64,000 nucleotides of DNA from positions 31,327,141 through 31,391,140 of the forward strand of contig NC_081355.1 in assembly GCF_030684315.1 (NCBI RefSeq), in the 5' to 3' direction. A program made the translations under genes and the position numbers. The notes beneath the pieces are model-generated. The model saw only the letters and a list, made by a program, of their open reading frames with translations, made no database searches and was not told the origin of the DNA. Positions 49,633 through 61,732 of this stretch are shown in pieces; position 1 is the first letter of the stretch; every line of letters begins with the position of its first letter. Source of the stretch: Stegostoma tigrinum (Eukaryota).

Positions 49633-52543
49633 AAATTCCACTGAACTGGAGTAAAATGCCTTAGAATTGATTCCACACTATCAATTTAAATTAATAAATG
49701 CACTAAATAATATTCTAAATTTGCATCGTAATGGGCAGAATCCACAAGGCAAAAACAAGCTTCTTAATTTCAGCTGCAGGAAAGGTAAGAGCGCGAGCCA
49801 GGGGGCAGCTGGGAAGGTAAGGTTCCTGTACAAAAAACTTGCCTCATGAATAGTGGAGTGAAGGCCGAGCAGGAAAAAATGTGGACATGGAGGCTATTGG
49901 GTCAGTGAACTATTATATGTTGGGCAGTGGCTAAACCTGAAACACTACATGCGTAGTATCTCCCACCCATTCTCCTCCTCTAGCCAAAAAGAAAGACTGT
50001 GTGAAGGGTTGGTAAGGTAAGCTTTTTTTTGCCTTACTCTTTATCTCTTTAGGTGTTCTAGAGAGAGGAATGGGAGCTAGAGCAGTCACATGCTTCTCTA
50101 ATAGGGTTGTTATCATGGGTGATTTCAACTTCCCTCATATCGATTGGAACCTCCTAAGCGCAAATGTGTCCAGGAAGGATTTCTGACTCAATATGTAGAT
50201 AGGCCAACATGCTTCTCTTGTTGGATGTGGGAGGTAAGAATCACTATTAGTATCCCTTCTGACTTCACCTGCGAGAAGTGCACCCAACTCCAGCTCCTCA
50301 CAGACTGCATTATGGAACTGGAACTGGATGAACTCTGGATCATTCCGGACGCTGAGGGGGTGATAGAAAGGAATTATAGGGAGGTAGTCACACCCAAGTT
50401 AAGGGATAAAGGTAGCTAGGTGACTCAGGAAGGGGAAAGGGAATAGGCAGTCAGTGCCGGATCCCCTGTGGCCGTTCCCCTCAATAATAAGTATACTTCT
50501 TTGGATATAGTTGTGGGGGATGACCTACCAAAGGAAGGCCATAGATGCCAGGTCTCTAGCACTAATCCTGGCTCTGTGGCTCAGAAGGGAATGGGGGAGA
50601 ATAGGTGGGTGATAGTAAAAGGAGATTCAATGTTTAGGGGGAACACACAGGAGATTCTGTGGTCATGAACGAGACTCCCGGAGAGTCTGTTGCCTCCCAG
50701 GTGCTAGGGTCAGGGATGTCTTGGATTGAGTCTACAGGATTCTTAAGGGAGAGCAGCCAGAAGTCATGGTACACATTGGTACCAATGACATAACTACTAA
50801 AAGGGATGAAGACCTTACAGGTGAATATAGGGAGTTAGGTTGGAAGCTAAAAGGCATGATTACTACTGGTGCTATGGGTGAGTGAGGCTCGGAATAGAGA
50901 GTGAATGCAGCTGAACACGTGGCTACAGAGCTGGTTTAGAAGGGAGGGCTTCAGATATGTGGATCATGGAGTACCTTCTGGGGAAGATGGGACCGGTACA
51001 AGAGGGACAGGTTGCACCTGAACTGGAGGGACACCAATCTCCTGGGCCGGAGGTTTGCTAGAGCACCTTGGGAGGGTTTAAACTAGTTTGGCAGGGGAAT
51101 GGGAACTGGAGTTATGGATCAGAGGATGGGGAAGCTGGTGTACAAGCAGATACAGCATGCAGAGAGTCTGTGAGGAAGGATAGGCAGTTGATAGAACAAA
51201 GTTGCAGTCAGTGTGACAGGTTGAAGTGTGTCTATTTTAATGCATCACAGCAGCAGAAAGGGAGGTCATCGAGGAGGGTTTGTCTATTGAGTCAGTATGG
51301 GTGGAAATCAGAAACAGGAAAGGAGCAGTCACTTTACTGGGAGTTTTCTATAGACCCCCGCCAATATCCACAGAGACACTGAGGAACAGATTGGGAGGCT
51401 GTTTTTGGAAAGGTGCAGAAGTAATAGGGTTGTTATCATGGGTGATTTCAACTTCCCTCATATCGACTGGAACCTCCTAAGCGCAAATAGTTTGGATGGA
51501 GCAGATTTTGTCAGGTGTGTCCAGGAAGGATTTCTGACTCAATATGTAGATAGGCTGATTAGAGGGGAGGCCATATTGGATTTAGTGCTTGACATCGAAC
51601 CAGGTCACATGTCAGATCTCTTAGTGGGAGACCATTTCGGTGATGGTGATCACAACTGCCTGACCTTTACTATAATCATGGAGAGGGATAAGCGCAGACA
51701 GTATGGGAAAGTATTTCATTGGGGGAGGGGGAATTACAATGCTATTAGACAGGAACTGCAGAGCATAAAATGGGAACAAATGTTCTCTGGGAAATGCATG
51801 ACAGAAATGTGGAGCTTGTTTAGGGAAAACTTGCTGTGAGTACTGGATAGGTTTGTCCCACTGAGGCAAGGAATTGATGTAAGGTGAAGGATTGTTGGAT
51901 GTCAAGACATGTGGAACATCTATTCAAGACGAAGAATAAAGCATACTTAAGGTTGAGGAAGCAAGGAATGGACAGGGCTTTAGAGGGCTACAAGGTAGCC
52001 AGGAAGGAACTGAAGAATGGACTTAGGAGAGCTAGAAGAAGGTATGAAAAAGCATTGGTGGGTAGGATTAAGGAAAACCCCAAAGCGTTCTATACTTGTG
52101 TGAGGAACAAGAGGATGGCTAGAGTGTGGGTCAAGCCAATCAGGGTTAGTGGAGGGAACTTGTGTGTGAAGTCGGAGGAGGTAGGGGAGGTTCTCAATGA
52201 ATACTTTGCTTCAGTATTCACCAGTGAGAGGGACCTTGTTGTTTGTGAGGACAGTGTGAAAAGGGCTGATATGCTCGAACAGGTTGATGTTAGGAAGGAA
52301 GATATGCTAGAAATTTTGAAAACTATGAGGATAAATAAGTCCCCAGGGCCAGATGGGATCTACCCAAGGTTCTAATGGGAAGTGAGGGAAGAGATTGCTG
52401 CCCCTTTGGTGATGATCTTTGCATCCTCACTGTCCAGTGGAGTAGTATCTGATGATTGGAGGGTGGAAAATATTATTCCCTTGTTCAAGAAAGGGAATAG
52501 GAATAATCCTGGAAATTACAGACGAGTCAGACTTACTTCTATG

Positions 52544-53255
52544 ATAACAAAGTGTGAATCCGGATGAACACAGCAGGCTAAGCAGCATCTCAGGAGCACA
52601 AAAGCTGATGTTTCGGGCCTAGACCTTTCATCAGAGAGGGGGATGGGGAGAGGGTTCTGAAATAAATAGGGAGAGAGGGGGAGGCAGACTGAAGATGGAT
52701 AGAGGAGAAGATAGGTGGAGAGGAGAATATAGGTGGGGAGGTGGGGAGGGGATAGGTCAGTCCAGGGAGGACGGACAGGTCAAGGAGGCGGGATGAGGTT
52801 GGTAGGTGGGAAATGGAGGTGTAGCTTGAGGTGGGAGGAGGGGATAGGTGAGAGGAAGAACAGGTTAGGGAGGCGGGGACGAGCTGGGCTGGTTTTGTGA
52901 TGCAGTGGGGGGAGGGGACAAGCTGGGCTGCCACACCTCCATTTCCCACCTACCAACCTCATCCCGCCTCCTTGGCCTCTCCGTCCTCCCTGGACTGACC
53001 TATCCCCTCCCCACCTCCCCACCTATACTCTCCTCTCCAGCTATCTTCTCCTCTATCCATCTTCGGTCCGCCTCCCCCTCTCTCCCTATTTATTTCAGAA
53101 CCCTCTCCACATCCCCCTCTCTGATGAAGGGTCTAGGCCCGAAACGTCAGCTTTTGTGCTCCTGAGATGCTGCTTGGCCTGCTGTGTTCATCCAGCTCCA
53201 CACTTTGTTATCTTGGATTCTCCAGCATCTGCAGTTCCCATTATCTCTGATCACA
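52544..53255 (+). mobile_element. Fold-back Penelope-like element (pLTR only, family A)
   Basis: 52544-~52820 is the rc of ~52933-53210; extra 3' tail; TSD agacttactt(c/a)tatg at 52529-52543 / 53256-53270 splits the CR1 NYRPVSLTS region. Confidence 0.95.
53119..53150 (+). ncRNA. Minimal type I hammerhead ribozyme motif, core intact
   Basis: CU-CUGAUGA-A-GGGU cuag GCCC-GAAA-CG-UC-AG; GUC cleavage triplet; palindromic ACGU stem III typical of dimer-forming PLE hammerheads. Confidence 0.75.
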
Positions 53256-54515
53256 AGACTTACTTATATGGTGGGCAAGTTACTGGAGAGGATTTTGAGA
53301 GATAGTATTTATGATTATTTGGAAAAGCACAGTTTGCTCAGAAATAGTCAACATGGCTTTGTGAGGGGTAGGTCATGTCTTGTTGATTTCTTTGAGGATG
53401 TGACAAAACACATTGATGAAGGTAGAGCATTGGATGTGGTGTATATGGATTTTAGCAAGGCATTTGATAATGTTCCTCATGGTAGGCTCATTCAGAAAGT
53501 AAGGAGGCATGGCATTCAGGGAAATTTGTCTGTCTGGATGCAGAATTGGCTGTCCAGTAGAAGTCAGAGGATGGTAGTAGATGGAAAGTATTCAGTGGAG
53601 CTCGATGACCAGTGGTGTTCTGCAGGTATCTGTTCTGGGACCTCTGCTCTTTGTGATCTTTATAAATGACTTGGATGAAGAAGTGGAAGGGTGGGTTGGT
53701 AAGTTTGCTGATGACACAAAGGTTGGTGGAGTTGTGGATAGTGCAGAGGGCTGTTGTAGGTTGTAACGGGACATTGACAGGATATAGAGGTGGGCAAAGA
53801 AGTGGCAGATGGAATTAAACCTGGAAATGTGTGATTCATTTTGGAAGATTGAATTTGAATGCCGAATACAGGGTTAATGGCAAGATTCTTGACAGTGTGG
53901 AGGAACAGAAGGATCTTGGAATCCATGTCCATAGATCCCTCAAAGTTGCCACCCAAGTTGATAGTGTTGTTAAGAAGGTGTACAGTGTATTAGTTTTTAT
54001 TGGTAGGGGAATTGAATTTAAGAGGCACAAGGTTATGCTGCAGCTCTATAAAACCCTGGTTAGACCATTACTTGGAATATTGTGTTCCATTCTGATCACC
54101 TCATTATAGGAAAGATGCAGAGGAGATTTACCAGGATGCTGCCCAGAGTGGAGTGCAGGTCTTATGAGGAAAGGTTGAGGGAGCTAAGGCATTTTTCATT
54201 GGAGTGAAGAAGGATGAGAGCTGACTTGATAGAGATGTACAAGATGATGAGAGGTATAGATAGAATGGATAATCAGAGACTTTTCCCAGGGCGGAAATTA
54301 CTATTACAAGGGGAAAAATTTTAAGGTGATCGGAGGAAGGTATAAGGGAGATGCCAGAGGTAGATTTTTAACACAGAGAGTGGCGGGTTCATGGAATGTG
54401 CTGCCAGCAGTGGTCGTGGAGTCAGATACATTAGGGGCATTTCAGCGACTCTTGGATAGGCACATGGATAATAGTAAAATGTAGGGTATGCTGGGTAGTT
54501 TGATCTTCGGATAAT

Positions 54516-54829
54516 AGATTAGATTACCGACAGTGTGGAAACAGGCCCTTTGGCCCAACAAGTTCACACTGCCCCTTGAAGCATCCCACCCAGGCCTATC
54601 CCCATATAACCCACACACCCCTGAACACTACGGACAATTTGGCGTGGCCAATCCACCTAGCCTGCACATCTTTGGACTGTGGGAGGAAATCAGAGCACCC
54701 GGAGGAAACCCATGCAGACACGGGGAGAACGTGCAAACTCCACACAGACAGTTGCCCGAGGCTAGAATCGAACCCAGGTCCCTGGTGCTGTGAGACTGCA
54801 GTGCGAACCACTGAGCCACCGCGCCACCC
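54516..54829 (-). mobile_element. Full-length HE1-type V-SINE
   Basis: Minus strand: A box ggtggctcagtgg, B box ggttcgattc, V-domain, LINE-like tail with (aatct)n. Confidence 0.95.
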
Positions 54830-55267
54830 TGAGATTGACACAACATCATGTTCTATGCTAATCTTGAGCTATTGCCTGCTCTAATGGCTTATTCTGACAA
54901 CTTATTCCATAACTGTTTTATTTTTGGTGGAATCAGTTTCATTTGACAGTCCTAACTTCCACAATACTTACTCGGTTCTTTGGTATTTAAACACATTGAA
55001 ATTTTCACCTGGGTCAATCTTATCATTTCCCTTCAGATGTTGAAAACTTCAGTTAAATTACCTAACAATATAAAGATTAGAAGACCAGGTTTCTCAAATT
55101 TCCTTTCGCCATTAAGTTCTTGACCAATCAGACTCAATTCTATCGTTTTTCTCTGTACTCTTTCAAAGCAATAACTGACTTCCTTCAATGACTATTATTG
55201 CACACAGCTCTCCAGAAATTTTTTTTTTAATCTCCCCTATACCTGTCCACTATTTACAATGTATACT

Positions 55268-55760
55268 GTCAGCCATGTGATGGAACACTCTCCAATTGCT
55301 TCAATGAGTACAGTTCCAAAGACACTCAAGGTGTCTCACATCACCCAGGACAAAGTAGCTCATTGATTGACACTCCATCTTCATGTTCAAAATTCACTCC
55401 CTTCATCATTGAAGCACAGTGACAGCAGTGTGTACCATCTAAAAAGTGCACTGCAGTAGCTCATCAAGTCTTCTTCTGTAGCATCTTCCTAGCCGATTTC
55501 TCCTGCCTAGAAAGGCCAGGGAAACAGATGCTATTTTCAAGTTTCCCTCCTAGTTACAAATCATCCTGACTTTAAACTATTTCACTGTTTGTTTACTTTT
55601 GCTGGGTCAAAAGCCTGGAACTCTCTTCTTAAGGACATTTTGAACCAGATGGGTTTTTTGTATTGAATTCAATTCTCACCATCTGTGGTGGTGGGATTTG
55701 AACCTGAGTCGTCAAGATATTCCTGGTACTTGAACTTCAACAACAATATCTCTCAGCCAT
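55268..55760. mobile_element. Old LINE 3' fragment (plus) followed by a SINE head fragment (minus)
   Basis: 55268-55630 matches the rc of 25190-25560; ttgaattcaattctcaccatctgtggtggtgggatttgaacc matches the SINE head (rc). Confidence 0.65.
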
Positions 55761-57406
55761 TACTGCACCCTAATATTCCATATTGTAGGCATTGCTGGGC
55801 CAGCAATTGCAGGGAAACCAGGATGTACCTTGCTCTATTTACAATCCCTGCAATCAGATCAACGTGAGAGACACAAAAATAACTGTAGCAGACTATTTAA
55901 GAAACATTTGCAGAACTTGCAAGTGGATCACTTTCTTTGAATTAGTGGAGCTAAATTCTCAGCTTTCTGCTACAGAGAGAGAAAAAATAAAGTTCAAGAG
56001 GAAACAGCCGTACAGCTAGCTTATGATAATTTCAAGCTTGAGAATACCATCTGGATCTGGATATCTCTGCCTATCTCAGAAAGATGAATGCAGAGCTGGA
56101 AGGGAAATAAAGAGACCAATGAGTAACTCTTTGTCATCAAACCAATGAAAAAATTAACAGGAAGATCTGGAAAAACTTATGCAAAGTAGATAAGGCCAGC
56201 AGAAGTAGATGCAGAACCATCAGCTTGTGCTCAAAGCAAAACTGAAGAAAACGACAGATCTTCAGAAACAGCGCATACAAGGAGTTGCAAGTCACTGATG
56301 AAACAATTCTTTCTGCAATAAATGCCTATAATGATGCTCTATTAAAAGAACTGAGGTAGGACATAAAGGAAACTAAACAACTTTTGAAGCAGCAACTAGG
56401 CTTCAGGCTCTTCAAAAAATAACAAAATAAAAAGAAAAACATTTGAAGAGATCCTACAGCAGGTTATCAAAGGGAAAGTATACTAGCCCAACAGATGGCT
56501 GAAATGTTTATAGAATTAGAATAAATTACCTTGTAAAACTAGAAGCTTCAAAATTATTTGGAAACTCTTAACGGACAAATAATAAATGCCAAATGAACCA
56601 CTCAAAGCAGCTTTTGTCACTAATCTGGACCCAAACCTGCGGTATGGCAGGATAAGCAAATTTGGAGCAACACTGCTGTCCATGAAAGAAAACTTGACTG
56701 AAAAATAGGAACTACAGACAATATCACTAATGACTGTGGGCAATCAACAACATCTCCAGAGAAAGTCACTTCATGAGAAATGAATACATGAGAAAAGTGC
56801 CCGAGTGTTATACAGAATCACAGACTCACTTGTTATAATAGACAGCTAGACCTCCTTTGGGAAGGAGATGGATGTTGTATATATACATGACCTTTAAGAG
56901 AATTCACCTCAAATGACTTAATGTATGTATACAATATTGGAACTCTTCCTGATGGATATTCTGCTATGGGTTTGCAAGATGCATGCACATTTAGAAATCA
57001 GTTGGTTTGTTGTAAAATCTGCTTTGTTCCTTGTAAAGTGATTTAGTGTTTAAATAAAGTAATGTGTGATGTTTACACAAAGTAAACCCCTGATCAGACA
57101 TTGATTTTGGACCATTATCTTTAAATCGACAAAATGAAGTTTAGTCTGGCAATTTGGTAATTAATAAACCTCAAAAGCAGGCTTCTTGCCAGCTGACGGT
57201 GAGAAAGTGAGGGAGAACTTAATTGCAAAACTTTAACTTGACTATGAGAATATGACTTTTGGACTCTTTATCAATTATGTCATCACACTTGCCATTCTTC
57301 TTGAGTGTAAATTTCTATTCTTCCAGTATCATGTTAATTTGAAAATTTGGGATTAGTCACCCTACCATTTTATGAATTGTCTTAAGCTTAATAAAGTGTC
57401 TCATGC

Positions 57407-57638
57407 TCTTCCAATAGTTGTGGATCTGCAGCTTTTGGGGTTTTAACAAGCCTAACTTTCCCTGAGGTATTAGATACTAAAAACTTTCAAGAGTTTACAT
57501 ATTTAGTTAAGGAATATTATGACTGCAAGCCTCCTCTAATTCTTAGACACTATCTGTTTTACTTGGCAATTCCAGAACCAGGGGAATCCATATTAGGATT
57601 TTTGACGAGGTTAAAAAGATTGGTTGAGGTGGGATTTT
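57407..57638 (+). repeat. Local duplicate of the Gypsy gag segment 59118-59348
   Basis: Shares long identical runs, e.g. acaagcctaactttccctgagg, ttatgactgcaagcctcct, ttcttagacactatc, gcaattccagaacca. Confidence 0.85.
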
Positions 57639-57814
57639 TTTATGAGCCATGGTCAACATTGAATCTAACAATTTTTTGTTGGTGAAAATGGATGAATTAG
57701 AACCTCAAGAAAGAGGTACATACAGGTACAGGATCCTTTGGGAAGCAGACTTCTGCTTCCTTCTTAAATGCTGAAGAGAAATGCGAGAGGAAACCACCTC
57801 ATGCACATAAGGGA

Positions 57815-58122
57815 GGTGGTGGGTCTTGCTGATGTCACTAGACTAGGCATCCCATAACCTAGGCTACTGTTCTGAGGATGTGGATTTGAATCGCATCATG
57901 GTATAAATAGTGAAATTTGAATTAAACAAAGAATCTGGATTTAAACTCTAGCATAAAGATGACTGTAACTGTCAATTGTTGAAAAACTCCTCTGGTTCAC
58001 TAAGTTCCTTTAGAAAAGGGAATCTGCTACCCTTACATGTTCTGGCCTACATGTGACAGCAATGCTTCCCTGAAATAAATGCCAGCCTGGCCAGTGATGC
58101 CCACATCCCATTAACTGAAAAG
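57815..58122 (+). mobile_element. tRNA-head SINE (same family as 18690)
   Basis: gtcactagactag head, tctggttcactaagttcctttagaaaagggaatctgc core, ggccagtgatgcccacatccca tail. Confidence 0.8.
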
Positions 58123-58209
58123 ATTCTTGTCAGGTTGCTCACTGAAATTGAAAATAGCTGGGTGTTAGGAGAAACAAAGAAGAATGTGCAAGACCACATG
58201 TGTGGAGAA

Positions 58210-58600
58210 ATTAACACAGAATCTGGCTGATTATTTCTGCATTAAACAGATCGTGATGTGTTATAGAGATCAGTGCTGGAACTTCAACTATTTCCAATTT
58301 TTATCACTGGCCTGGATGAAGGGACAGAGTATAGTATATCCAAATTTGCTAACTGTTCAAATATAGGTTGGAAAGCAAGTTTTGAGGAAAGCACAAACAG
58401 CCTTCACAGGCATGCAGGTTAAATGAGTCAGCAAAAAACGTGCAGGTGGAGTGACATGGGAGATAATCCATTTTGATAAAAACAATATAAACATAAAATA
58501 TTTAAATTGGGACAGACTTCAAGACGTTGTGGTATAGAAGGGCCTGGGGGTGCTTATACATAAATAATGAGAAGGCATGTGTGGTCAATTATTGAGAAGA
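58210..58600 (+). mobile_element. Old CR1 RT fragment
   Basis: gatcagtgctggaacttcaactattt..atatccaaatttgct resembles GSVLGPQLF..ISKFADD. Confidence 0.55.
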
Positions 58601-58692
58601 TTTTTGTTCTCTTAGAGAGTGCTGTTGTGGTGCTGTGGTGAAATCCCTAACTCTGAGCTAGGGGGCATGGATTCAAGCCACACAGTGATGAT

Positions 58693-58910
58693 TGTAATGA
58701 TGTCAGCCAGCCGGACTGCAAAACAAGTTCCCTGACTGTGGCTGTTAATCTGGTCCAATCAGGGAGCCCTGCTGACAGATAAGAGCAGGATTGTTGGACA
58801 TCTGGTTCACTCTGAGAGCTGGCTGTGATGGAACTGGATCAGTGTCAATAACTCTCCACATGGAAATGAATACTTGGTGGCAGGATATTGGCTTCTGTAC
58901 AGTTATTTCA
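58693..58910 (+). repeat. 5' LTR of the Gypsy element
   Basis: TG...CA termini (tgtaatga...ttatttca), internal CCAAT, immediately followed by the PBS-like sequence; no 3' LTR seen. Confidence 0.65.
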
Positions 58911-59421
58911 GTGGCCATGAGAGAAAAACATAATCCTGAAAAAATTCACTTGCAACAGTCATCTTTCAGTTGGGCTAAGCATTTCTGGTATCATGCCATT
59001 ATTTGGGAAGTTTGACTTGTTTGATCCTGCTGTTGAAGACTGGGCCCAATTTGTGGAAAGAATGTGTTTGTTTTTCTGGGCAAATAATGTTGGAGCAGAT
59101 GAAAAGCAATGAGTAATTCTTCTGATAGTTTGTGGACCTGCAGCCTTTTGGGTTATTACAAGCCTAACTTTCCCTGAGGCAACAATACTAAAATCTTTCA
59201 CGAGTTTACAGATTTAGTTAAGGAACATTATGACTGCAAGCCTCCTTTAATTCTTAGACACTATCAGTTCTCCTCAGCAATTCCAGAACCAGAAGAATGT
59301 GTATTAGGGTTTTTGATGAGGTTAAGAAGATTGGTAGAGATAGGATTTGTGACTAGGTTGAGAAGATTGGTAAAGGCATGTGACTTTGGTTTAACTGTTA
59401 ATGAGACACTAAGAGACTGTT

Positions 59422-59668
59422 TGATTGATTTATTTATTGTCACGTGTATTGAAACAGTGAAAGGCTATATTTACAAATGGTACAAGCAAGTAAAGGATGT
59501 ACAGATCAAAAAGACTTTGAGGCATACAGGTTACATTGCACAGGGCATGTGCTAGGCAAGATCAATGTTAGCAAGATCATCGTTATTTGAGGCTAGAGAG
59601 TCCAATCATCAGTCTGACAATGGCTGTGAAGAAGCTGTTCCTGAACCTGCTCGTGTGTGTTCAGGCTT
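59422..59668 (-). mobile_element. Rex1/Babar-like LINE 3' end inserted in Gypsy gag
   Basis: tgattgatttatttattgtcacgtgta tail and gaagaagctgttcctgaacctg..caggcttc body interrupt gag. Confidence 0.6.
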
Positions 59669-60989
59669 CTGATGTAACCAAGCAAAAGCTCCTGCTAGAC
59701 AAAGCCCAAATAGACTTCAAACAGGCACTGCAACTGACTTTATCACTAGAAAATTTGGCAAATGGAACATATGAGTTACACAGTTTGCCAATGAAAGTGA
59801 ACACCCTCACCAATCTGAGTGAGCTTTGGAAACACCACTTGAGTGAAGGCAATTGTATAGCCTCACTCAGGACATATCCTGAACAGAAGGACTCTGGGCC
59901 AGCCCACGGCAAAATGCCAAAATGGAACCAAGCCTCGGCCATATGGTTAATTTTTTTTAAGGATCTGGGGTGACAAGCCATTGTAATCGCTGCCTGTATG
60001 TGGACTCGAGACAGAGTTCCCCTGGACCTAAATTGGGTAAGAAAACTCATAGGTTGGTATCCAGAAGAGTGCACACCCTGGAAAGTCTGCCAATATCTCG
60101 TTGGAACAGTTAGATTGCTTAGCAACATGTAAATCAGAAGCAAGCAAAATAAATGTCTGGTTAAACAGTCACTGGTTCTAATGGACATTGATATTAGTGC
60201 GACTGTTTCAATGATCGCAGAATCCGTCTTTAAGAAAATTCACTCTGGACTGCGTCCCTTGAGTTTGTGCAAGATCTCAGCTTGATTGATAACCTATACC
60301 AGGAAACCTTTACAAATTAAGGGTACAACTTCAGTTCTCTTCCCTTATAAGATGCACTGGCTCAGTTATCCCTGATTGTAGTAAATGGCTTGGGCCCAAG
60401 GTGATGGTGCAAAATTGGTTGAGGAAGATTTACATTGATTTGCTCAACATTTTCCGATTTAGGAAAAGGCTGCCTGAATGAAGTCCTAATTAGCTAGCTG
60501 GACGACTTTCAGCAAGGTTGAGGAACTATCAAAGGAGCCAAGGCCACCTTGAATATTGACCGAGGAGCAATTCCATGATTCTGCAAAGACCACCCAATGA
60601 CATTTGCCTTATGGGCAAACGTAGAGGTAGAAATCAGAAGGGTAGAAAAGAAAAAGAATAATCAAACCAGTTCAGTCTATAGAAAGGGGAGCAGTAGTTG
60701 TACCAATTATAAAACATCTTGGGTTACTTTGCTTTTGTCAGGGTTTTAAACAAACGGTAAACCACTTTTGGCAGCTGAATAAATACCCAATTCCTTGCAT
60801 AAAGAATTTATATGCAAAGCTGGTGGAAAGGCAGTCCTTCACAAAGGTGGAGATGAGCACATGTATGTGCAATTGCGGTTAGTTGAGGGTTCCCAGAAAT
60901 ATGATACAATTAATACCCATGAAAATTTGTACCAATATACAAGACAGCCATCTGGGGTATTGTCAGCCTGTGCAATTTATCAGCAGACA

Positions 60990-61180
60990 ATGCAAACTAG
61001 AGATGTGATCTGTTTCATTTTGATGCAAGGAAAATGGGTGGAAGAATGAAACGAAAGGGTAAAAGAGCAGGAAGGATGAAATTACAAAAACTTAATAGAT
61101 CAATAAAAAGGGGTCAAGAAACGAGAGATCTGTCCAGGGTTGAGCATCAACAGCAGAATAACAAACATCTGTCCAAAGCA
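60990..61180. repeat. Inverted copy of 63159-63349 inserted in Gypsy RT
   Basis: 191 nt with 3 mismatches seen by eye against the rc of 63159-63349; removing it restores cagcagacaatg|gagaacattttac (QQTMENILQG). Confidence 0.95.
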
Positions 61181-61732
61181 GAGAACATTTTACAAGGTTT
61201 AATCCTGGTCACCATTTATCTAGATGTGCTAACAACAGGGGAATACAAATAAGGAGTAGATTTTGGACATAGTCCTCAGACATTTCTCCCAGGTGGGCAT
61301 ACGCTTGAGAAGGGAAATGTGTGTTCCAGGCAATCTAATTGACATGCTTGAGCCACAGAGTCAACAAGACCAGGTTACACCTGTGGGAAAATAAAGTGAG
61401 GGCAAACAAAGGTGCCCTAGCTGCCACATTTGTGCTAGAGCTTAAATCTTTCCTTGTGCTAGTGAATTATTAGGGAAAATTCATACATAACTTGGTCTCC
61501 ATCCTGGCACTATTGCATCAACTCTTAAGAAAGGGTCAGCCTTGAAAGTGGTCATGCAACCAAGTCATCATTTTCAGGGAAGTGAAGAAATAGCTATCAT
61601 CCTCTAAGGTGTTGGCACACTATGATCCCAAGCAAGATCTGGTACTGATATGTGATGCCTCCCTGTATAGCACTGGGGTGGTGTTGTCTTACAGTGGCTC
61701 AATGGAGAGGAACACCCAATAGCATATGCATC

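Larger units (their letters stand above)
49770..54857 (+). mobile_element. Near-full-length CR1 LINE (older subfamily) with nested PLE, SINE and templated insertion
   Basis: 5'UTR similar to 32240-32530; ORF1 from ~50070 (CEKC..GDS..GTND); ORF2 fragments 51068-54470 (MGDFNFP, KSPGPDG, YMDFSKAFD, KFADDTK); internal deletion near 51245. Confidence 0.92.

Noticed and set aside
54755-54829. tRNA-like sequence with A and B boxes
   Set aside because: It is the head of an HE1 V-SINE, not a tRNA gene.
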